54,974 bases of DNA from contig CAITMK010000009.1 of NCBI GenBank assembly GCA_903893485.1, positions 1-54,974 of the forward strand. The letters are read 5' to 3'. Origin of the DNA: Candidatus Magasanikiibacteriota bacterium (GTDB taxonomy: Bacteria > Patescibacteriota > Patescibacteriia > Magasanikbacterales > 2-02-FULL-50-9b). Position 1 is the first letter of the stretch, and each line of letters begins with the position of its first letter. The position numbers and the translations under genes are program-made. The notes beneath the pieces are model-generated. The model saw only the letters and a program-made list of their open reading frames with translations, had not been told where the DNA came from and ran no database searches. Shown here one piece after another: positions 47,266 to 53,549 of the stretch.

Positions 47266-47294
47266 ACAAAAATAGCCCCCTCAAACGAGGGGGC
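47266..47294 (-). terminator. Rho-independent terminator after the KH-protein gene
   Basis: The minus strand reads GCCCCCTC-GTTT-GAGGGGGC followed by TATTTTTG. Confidence 0.65.
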
Positions 47295-47305
47295 GTTCGC
47301 AAAAA

Positions 47306-47614
47306 TTAGATTCCCAAATCATCAATCGACGTAACATCACTGTAATCGCTTTGGAAGCGAGGGCCGCGTGATCCTTCTGGTTCCACGATTTTGAGATTAA
47401 CGCGTGCATTGTTTTTAGCACCAATAACCTTTGCCAAAGTGCGGATTGCACGAGCTGTTTGACCCTGACGACCAATCACGTAACCCATGTCTTGTGGGTT
47501 TACATGGAGCGTGATCAACACGCCGCGTTCGTCGACGATGCGTTCAGTACGCACATCTTCTGGATGAGCAACCACTGTTTTCACCAAAAATTCAATAAAC
47601 TCCTGATCTGTCAT
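47306..47614 (-). CDS. ylqC: KH-domain RNA-binding protein (YlqC/UPF0109 family)
   Basis: ..LVKTVVAHPEDV......DERGVLITLHVNPQDMGYVIGRQGQTARAIRTL... It occupies the classic position after rpsP. Confidence 0.85.
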   Translation of the reverse strand: MTDQEFIEFLVKTVVAHPEDVRTERIVDERGVLITLHVNPQDMGYVIGRQGQTARAIRTLAKVIGAKNNARVNLKIVEPEGSRGPRFQSDYSDVTSIDDLGI

Positions 47615-47648
47615 AGCAAATTAAATGATTTAATTGCTGTTATTATAA

Positions 47649-47680
47649 CAAAACACCAGCTGCATGCAACTGGTGTTTTG
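47649..47680 (-). terminator. Hairpin/attenuator between rpsP and the KH gene
   Basis: CAAAACACCAG-10 nt-CTGGTGTTTTG. The T-tract lies partly inside the stem. Confidence 0.4.
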
Positions 47681-47709
47681 AAACAAGTCAAGTGGCCAAG
47701 GCCAACTGA

Positions 47710-48018
47710 TTATTTTTTCTTTTTTGCGGCGCGTGCAATACGCTTTGCGGTGATGTGCACTTTCTGGCGTTTTTCGCCGGTGTGGAAACCGTAGTTAATC
47801 ATGAGATTGTTTACGGTGTCAGTCATCTGAGCACCATTACCGATGTAATATGCGAGGCGGTCCTTCTCAACGGTGAAAATTTTTGGTTCTACCATTGGGT
47901 TGTAGTGGCCGATAACTTCGAGCGCGCGACCCCATGGGTCACGGCCTTTTTCGGTAACAATCACACGATACTGTGGTTGTTTTTTCTTGCCGATGCGGGT
48001 CAATTTAATAGTAAGCAT
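47710..48018 (-). CDS. rpsP: 30S ribosomal protein bS16
   Basis: MLTIKLTRIGKKKQPQYRVIVTEKGRDPWGRALEVIGHYNP.. Confidence 0.92.
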   Translation of the reverse strand: MLTIKLTRIGKKKQPQYRVIVTEKGRDPWGRALEVIGHYNPMVEPKIFTVEKDRLAYYIGNGAQMTDTVNNLMINYGFHTGEKRQKVHITAKRIARAAKKKK

Positions 48019-48057
48019 AATTGGTTAATTCGGGAGCACGAATTGACGGATGGCAGT

Positions 48058-48086
48058 AGAATACGGGAAAACTATTTTTTTGTCAA
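48058..48086 (-). promoter_or_regulatory. rpsP promoter
   Basis: The minus strand reads TTGACA-17 nt-TATTCT. Confidence 0.45.
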
Positions 48087-48102
48087 ATCTTAGACGGTTA
48101 AT

Positions 48103-48612
48103 TTAGCTACCAGCTTCATATTTAGCAACAATTGCGGCCATGCTTTTCAAATTATAGGTCGCCAACGCGCTCATCATGCCCATTTGATCCTCTGACGAGA
48201 ATTCCTCAATTCGCTCTTGCGCTTTTTGAAACAAAGCCAGATTAGCTTTTGCCGTCTTTACATCAAGCGCCGCTTCTTTTAATCCTGGAACCGTAACCTC
48301 TTTAATTCCAGTTTCCCTGTCCCTTTGAATGTCATCTGCTGATTGATATGGAAAATTCGCTTCAAAATAAGCAACCGTCGAAGCCAGTCTATCAACCTCC
48401 TCTTTGACCTGAGCCTTATTTTTTTCAACCATTTCTTTCAATTTTTCTTGAGAAGTCACGGCGTCACGCTCCATCGTTGGAACAGTAATATTCAACGCTT
48501 CGCGCAAAACTTCCCGCATACGACTATAATCACGCTTTGGTTTTGTCGGTTCAGCAGCGGTTTGATCAGATTCTAGTGATTCGATTGCTCCTGGCATTGG
48601 TTCGTGTTTCAT
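48103..48612 (-). CDS. Hypothetical helical/coiled-coil protein (169 aa) downstream of the SMC-like gene
   Basis: ORF only, 18 nt after the smc stop. Rich in E/K/A. Confidence 0.4.
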   Translation of the reverse strand: MKHEPMPGAIESLESDQTAAEPTKPKRDYSRMREVLREALNITVPTMERDAVTSQEKLKEMVEKNKAQVKEEVDRLASTVAYFEANFPYQSADDIQRDRETGIKEVTVPGLKEAALDVKTAKANLALFQKAQERIEEFSSEDQMGMMSALATYNLKSMAAIVAKYEAGS

Positions 48613-48630
48613 AAAAATACAATTATAATT

Positions 48631-50937
48631 TTATTTCGCCCACCGCGCCGCCTCTTCAAACTTCACGCTTAAGAGTTGCGAAACCCCATCATCTCCCATC
48701 GTCACACCGTACAACACTTCGCCCTTGCCCATGGTCGCGCGGTTATGCGTGATCACCATGAACTGCGTGCGCTCTGCAAGCTTTTCCAAAATGTCAGCGT
48801 AGCGAATTGAGTTTGCTTCGTCGAGTGCGGCGTCGACTTCATCCAAAATTACGAATGGCGATGGATTACTTGCCATGATTGCGCAAAGCAGCGCCACAGA
48901 CGTCATTGCGCGCTCGCCGCCGCTGAGCACCGAGATATCCTTAATGCGTTTACCAGGTGGCTGCGCGTGAATATCAATACCGGCCAAAACCGGCTCTTTG
49001 GAAACATATTTTGCGATCTCGCCTTCTTCCAATCGTTCGGCCACATCAATTTGCGATTCTGTTTCGCCATCTTCAGCGGTTGCAACTGCAGGGTCTTCAT
49101 AGATTGGCACCAATTTTGCAGTACCGCCACGAAATAATTGCGAGAAAAAATCTTGAAATAATTCATTAAGCGTTTCAAGCGCTTCGGTCCGACGCGTTCG
49201 CAAAACTTCATCGAATTCTGTAATCGTTGATTCAGTGTTGGTAAGCGCTGCCGACAAATCTGCAAGCTGCGTTGTCAAAAATGTATAGCGCGTATTTGTT
49301 TCTTCAAACTCTTTTACAACTTCTGGATCAATACCACCAACAATGTCGAGCTGGTGTTTCAAATTATACATGCCCTGCTGCGCAGATTCTGGCGAGCTAA
49401 TAGGCGACTCTGGGGCTGCGGCCATCACCTTTTCCATTTCGTCCGGAATTTCCAAACGCATTTCTTCGCGAATGCTTTCAGCGCGTGTTTCGTATTTGGC
49501 GCGCTCAATTTTGTAATTCGTTAGGCGCTGCTCAATTTCATGGCCCGCGCGCTGCTCATCTTGCAACCGGCGCTGTACGGCAAAAAATTGCGATTTCTTT
49601 TCTTGCTCGCGATGCGATTCGTTATGCATGCGATCGCTCAAATCCTTAAGCGCACTATCCAAAACCAAAATTGAATTCTGATTTTCTTCGATGCGCTTTA
49701 ACACAACCGGATCCTGCGGGGCTTCTTTTGGCGCTTCAGGCGCTGGACGTTGCAAACGTTTCACCAATGTTGTTGTGCGTTCAGCGAGGGCATCGCATTC
49801 ATCTAAAATTCCAAATACTTCTTCCAGATTTTTTGCAGCACGTAATTTTTTATTTACTGCTGCCTGATCCGCACGCACCGCATCTAACTCTTCAATAATT
49901 TTCGTCAGCGGCAATGGCGCCCACTGCACTTCTACTTCGCGACGAACACGAGAAATTTCCAATGCAGTTTTCAAGCGACCATCTTCTTCGCGAAGTGTCG
50001 CACGTTGTTTAGATAACGCTTCGTATTCGCGCTGCAAACCAATAATCACTTCGCTTTGCGTTTCTTCTACTTCTAATTTATGAAGTTCGGCGAGTGTTGC
50101 ATCGTAAATATTTTTCTTTGCGATCAAATCTTTTTCGTGTGCCCCAACTTGAATATTCAAATTTCCGAGACGACCCGAAACATCGTGCCATACCGTTCCG
50201 TAATACGCGCGCTGCAAATTCAAAAGGCGCGCCGCAATATCATCGCGCTCTTCCAGACGTTTCACTGCGCGCTGCAAACCTTTGAGCCGTGGTTCGATTT
50301 CCGCGATGAGCTGCCCTGCTTGCGCAATATTTTCGCGCGTCGCGTGAAGTTTCAGCAAAGCCTGATGACGCTTAAGCTGAAACTCTTTTACGCCTGCAGC
50401 TTCATCAAAAAATTCTTTACGCTCTTTTGGCGTCACTAATAAAATCTGATCAATAAGGCCTTGACCAATCACGGTATACGTCTTCTGACCAAAATGTGCC
50501 TTTGCCAAAAGGAGCTGAATATCAGACAAGCGTGCCTTTGCGCCATTAATTAAATATTCACCATTACCATCGCGATACAACCGACGCGTAATAACAATTT
50601 CACCGAGCGAGAGCGGATCTGGCTCGCCGTTTTCATCGGCCGCGGCCGTGCGTGTATCTTCGTTATTTAAATACAGTGCAACTTCCGCAAATCCAAGGCG
50701 TGCTTTTTTATCCGAGCCCGCAAAAATAACATCTTCGGATTTTTTGCCGCGGAGCGTCTTCATCGACTGCTCACCCAATACCCAACGCACTGCATCCGCA
50801 AAATTCGATTTCCCAGAACCATTTGGCCCCACGATTGCCGTAATACTGCGGCGCGAACCATTCTGCTTCTGAAATTCGAACGTCACTTTTTTGGCAAAAG
50901 ATTTAAAACCTTGGATTTCAACGCGCTGGAGAAACAT
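48631..50937 (-). CDS. smc: SMC-family ATPase, short form (768 aa) without a recognisable hinge domain
   Basis: MFLQRVEIQGFKSF.. and Walker A GPNGSGKSN. C-terminal signature LSGGERAMTSVALLCAI and Walker B FVILDEVDAALDE. The middle is continuous heptad-like sequence with a Pro-rich break (RLQRPAPEAPKEAPQDP). Confidence 0.8.
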   Translation of the reverse strand: MFLQRVEIQGFKSFAKKVTFEFQKQNGSRRSITAIVGPNGSGKSNFADAVRWVLGEQSMKTLRGKKSEDVIFAGSDKKARLGFAEVALYLNNEDTRTAAADENGEPDPLSLGEIVITRRLYRDGNGEYLINGAKARLSDIQLLLAKAHFGQKTYTVIGQGLIDQILLVTPKERKEFFDEAAGVKEFQLKRHQALLKLHATRENIAQAGQLIAEIEPRLKGLQRAVKRLEERDDIAARLLNLQRAYYGTVWHDVSGRLGNLNIQVGAHEKDLIAKKNIYDATLAELHKLEVEETQSEVIIGLQREYEALSKQRATLREEDGRLKTALEISRVRREVEVQWAPLPLTKIIEELDAVRADQAAVNKKLRAAKNLEEVFGILDECDALAERTTTLVKRLQRPAPEAPKEAPQDPVVLKRIEENQNSILVLDSALKDLSDRMHNESHREQEKKSQFFAVQRRLQDEQRAGHEIEQRLTNYKIERAKYETRAESIREEMRLEIPDEMEKVMAAAPESPISSPESAQQGMYNLKHQLDIVGGIDPEVVKEFEETNTRYTFLTTQLADLSAALTNTESTITEFDEVLRTRRTEALETLNELFQDFFSQLFRGGTAKLVPIYEDPAVATAEDGETESQIDVAERLEEGEIAKYVSKEPVLAGIDIHAQPPGKRIKDISVLSGGERAMTSVALLCAIMASNPSPFVILDEVDAALDEANSIRYADILEKLAERTQFMVITHNRATMGKGEVLYGVTMGDDGVSQLLSVKFEEAARWAK

Positions 50938-50946
50938 AGTGGGCGT

Positions 50947-51124
50947 ATTGTAACACACGAGGGGCCGGAGTTCCAGAATTTTTTGGGAGCCGTGTCAATT
51001 TTCCCCTGCGGGAAAATTGCACTTAGCTCTCGGCGAGCCATTTTTTGCCTTCGGCAAAAAAACCGTGCTGGCTCGCCTCCGAGAAACTCCCAAAAAATTC
51101 TGGAACTCCGGCTGTGTATTACAA
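50947..51124. repeat. 178-nt compound palindrome (25-bp perfect outer stem enclosing two hairpins)
   Basis: CCGGAGTTCCAGAATTTTTTGGGAG (50965-50989) pairs perfectly with 51087-51111. Inside are hairpins CAATTTTCCC-ctgc-GGGAAAATTG (50996-51019) and TTTTTTGCc-UUCG-gGCAAAAAA (51041-51061), plus stem 51026-51039/51070-51086. The outer extension is GTAACACAC/GTGTATTAC. Confidence 0.8.
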
Positions 51125-51179
51125 ACTCATTATGTTTTCCGACAATAAAAAAACGGATGGAGCAGAACACTCAGCACAT

Positions 51180-51208
51180 TTGACACCCCGCCCCACGTCA
51201 CCTACAAT
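51180..51208 (+). promoter_or_regulatory. rny promoter
   Basis: TTGACA-17 nt-TACAAT, the same hexamers as the 16S promoter. It lies about 160 nt upstream of the rny ATG. Confidence 0.5.
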
Positions 51209-51370
51209 ATAAAGGTACGATAACATTCAGAAAATCCTGTCCGAATTCCTCCCAAAAAAGCATTTATGTTCGCAAAAATCCTCAACTTTTCTCCGACTAT
51301 TCAAATCCTCATCAGTTAAGGACTGCGTTTTTCATGGCTATCAAATTCGGGCGGGTCTAAACACCCCGCT

Positions 51371-52885
51371 ATGACACTCTTATACATTTTAATCGCGGCC
51401 GTGGTTGCTGCAGCTGCTGGCTACACTGCCCGCATCTACATCGCAAAGTCCCAGGCCAACTCCGCCGAAATCCAAGTAGAAAAAATCCTCGCTGACGCAC
51501 GCGCCAAAGAACAAGAAATCCTCATGAAGGGTCGCGAAAAAGCGATCCAGATGATCGACGAAGCAAAAAAGGACGAAGACAATCGTCGTGAAGAATTAAA
51601 AGCAGCGTCACTTCGCCTTGAAAAACGCGAGGTAACTTTTGAACAGAAAATTTTGGAGCTCCAAGACAAAACTGCCCGCATCCAAACCCAAACCGAAAAG
51701 CTTAAAGCCTCACAAGAAGAAATCGACAAACTCCGCGCGCAGCAAATCGAAAAGCTCCAGACCGTTGCCGGCCTCACCCAGACCGAAGCCGAAGCGCGCC
51801 TCATGCAAGCCGTCGAGGACGACACCAAAGAAGCGCTTAATTCCCGCCTCATGAAACTTGAGCGCGAATCAAGCGAATACTTCGAAAAAGAAGTAAAGAA
51901 AATTTTGGCAACCGCAACCTATCGCTACGCCGGATCACACGCAAGCGAAAACACCACCACAACAGTTCATCTTCCAAGCGAGGAAATGAAGGGTCGCATC
52001 ATTGGTAAAGAAGGTCGCAACATCAAAGCGATCGAAAAGCTTACCGGCTGCGAACTTGTCATCGACGAAACACCAGAATCAATCATGATCTCTGGTTTTT
52101 CACCAATCCGCCGCCATGTGGCACGCATCACCATTGAAAAGTTGGTCGCCGACGGCCGTATTCACCCAGCTCGCATCGAAGAAGTTGTCGAAGAAGCAAA
52201 AAAAGATTTGGCAATTGATGTGCGCAAAGCTGGTGAAGACGCGCTCTATCAGCTTGGCGTGACCGGCATCGAACCTAAACTTATCTCAATTATCGGCCGC
52301 CTTAAATATCGCACCTCATACGGCCAAAACCAATTGACCCACGCAATTGAGGTTGCATATTTATCTGGCATGCTCGCAGATGAACTCGGCATCGACCGCA
52401 CACTTGCTCGCAAGGCTGGTCTTTTGCACGACGTTGGTAAGGCGATTGATCACGACACACAAGGCTCTCACCCAGAGCTTGGCTATCAGCTCATGAAAAA
52501 GTTTGGGCTGTCCGAAGAAATTGCATACTGTTCCCTTGCCCACCACGAAGACAAACCGAAAACAGCGTTGGGTGCAATTATCAAAGCAGCTGATGCGATC
52601 TCTGGCGCGCGCCCTGGTGCCCGCCGCGATTCCTACGAACAATACGTTCGCCGCTTGGAAGAATTGGAAAAAGTTGCAACTAGTTTCGAGGGCGTTGAAA
52701 AAGCATATGCAATCCAAGCTGGCCGCGAAATGCGCGTGTTCGTGCGCCCACAAGATGTGGACGACTACGGCGCATACACCATTGCCAAAGAAATTGCTAA
52801 AAAAATTACCACGGACCTGCATGTGCCGGGTGATGTGAAAGTTACGGTGATTCGCGAATCACGCGTAATTGAATACGCGAGATAA
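51371..52885 (+). CDS. rny: Ribonuclease Y
   Basis: N-terminal TM segment, coiled coil, KH domain (MKGRIIGKEGRNIKAIE) and HD domain (..GLLHDVGKA..HH..). Confidence 0.93.
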   Translation: MTLLYILIAAVVAAAAGYTARIYIAKSQANSAEIQVEKILADARAKEQEILMKGREKAIQMIDEAKKDEDNRREELKAASLRLEKREVTFEQKILELQDKTARIQTQTEKLKASQEEIDKLRAQQIEKLQTVAGLTQTEAEARLMQAVEDDTKEALNSRLMKLERESSEYFEKEVKKILATATYRYAGSHASENTTTTVHLPSEEMKGRIIGKEGRNIKAIEKLTGCELVIDETPESIMISGFSPIRRHVARITIEKLVADGRIHPARIEEVVEEAKKDLAIDVRKAGEDALYQLGVTGIEPKLISIIGRLKYRTSYGQNQLTHAIEVAYLSGMLADELGIDRTLARKAGLLHDVGKAIDHDTQGSHPELGYQLMKKFGLSEEIAYCSLAHHEDKPKTALGAIIKAADAISGARPGARRDSYEQYVRRLEELEKVATSFEGVEKAYAIQAGREMRVFVRPQDVDDYGAYTIAKEIAKKITTDLHVPGDVKVTVIRESRVIEYAR

Positions 52886-52961
52886 TGCCTGTTGATAACT
52901 CCTTGCGCATTTTTAGCCAAAACCCTATAATTAAGCGGAATTTACTTATTTATCATTTTAT

Positions 52962-53237
52962 ATGAATAAAGCAGAACTTATTGCTCATCTTGCAGAAGTT
53001 GCAGGCGTTTCAAAAAAGCAATCCGAAGACATAGTTGAAGGCTTCGTTGCAGCGGTGATCAAAACACTTAAGTCAGGTGGCGAAGTTACCATCGCAGGTT
53101 TTGGTACATTCAGCGCAAAACAGCGCGCAGCTCGCACCGGTGTGAACCCACAGAAACCAACAGAAAAAATTCAGATCGCTGCTGTTGTTGTTCCAAAGTT
53201 CAAAGCTGGCAAAAACCTCAAAGACGCTTTGAAATAA
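52962..53237 (+). CDS. hup: HU-family DNA-binding protein
   Basis: MNKAELIAHLAEVAGVSKKQSEDIVEGFVAAVIKTLKSGGEVTIAGFGTFSAKQRAARTGVNPQ.. Confidence 0.93.
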   Translation: MNKAELIAHLAEVAGVSKKQSEDIVEGFVAAVIKTLKSGGEVTIAGFGTFSAKQRAARTGVNPQKPTEKIQIAAVVVPKFKAGKNLKDALK

Positions 53238-53261
53238 TTTTGTTCAAATAAAGTCAGGACT

Positions 53262-53284
53262 AAAACCGCCGCGAGGCGGTTTTA
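53262..53284 (+). terminator. hup terminator abutting tRNA-Val
   Basis: AAAACCGCC-gcga-GGCGGTTTT. The tRNA begins at the next nucleotide. Confidence 0.5.
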
Positions 53285-53361
53285 GGACCGCTAGCTCAGT
53301 TGGTTAGAGCGCACGATTCACATTCGTGAGGTCACAAGTTCGACCCTTGTGCGGTCCACCA
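53285..53361 (+). tRNA. tRNA-Val (anticodon CAC), CCA encoded
   Basis: GGACCGC TA GCTC AGTTGGTTA GAGC G CACGA TTCACAT TCGTG AGGTC ACAAG TTCGACC CTTGT GCGGTCC A CCA. Confidence 0.93.
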
Positions 53362-53466
53362 AAAAAATCCAATACCTTTTCAAGAGACGCGTGACGCTAT
53401 GCGCAACTAAAGTTGCGCGCTTTCACGTTCGGGTTCAAGTCTCTTTCGAAGGTATTGGATTTTTTT
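53362..53466 (+). terminator. Extended tRNA-Val trailer hairpin (same outer stem as the tRNA-Ile terminator, with a ~70-nt structured insert)
   Basis: AAAAAATCCAATACCTT...AAGGTATTGGATTTTTTT forms the outer stem. Nested stems are AAGAGAC/GTCTCTT, CGTGA/TCACG and GCGCAAC-taaa-GTTGCGC. Confidence 0.55.
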
Positions 53467-53503
53467 AAATAAAAATACTGAAAATATTAACCAAAAAGAC
53501 CTG

Positions 53504-53532
53504 TTGAAAAAAAACTTTTTTTGTTCTATACT
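53504..53532 (+). promoter_or_regulatory. Promoter of the LCP-family gene
   Basis: TTGAAA-17 nt-TATACT, 17 nt before ATG 53550. Confidence 0.5.
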
Positions 53533-53549
53533 GCATTCTCGCCTCCCTT

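Noticed and set aside
50883-51183. Mirror-image ORFs 50883..51170(-) and 50911..51183(+)
   Set aside because: They are produced by the palindromic symmetry of the 50947-51124 element. They have no start context and overlap the smc start.
53379-53448. The insert in the tRNA-Val trailer as a degenerate or split tRNA, because of GGGTTCAAGTC
   Set aside because: No 5-bp T-stem flanks the T-loop-like string. The GCGCAAC-TAAA-GTTGCGC hairpin has a 4-nt loop, not a 7-nt anticodon loop. No acceptor stem can be drawn.
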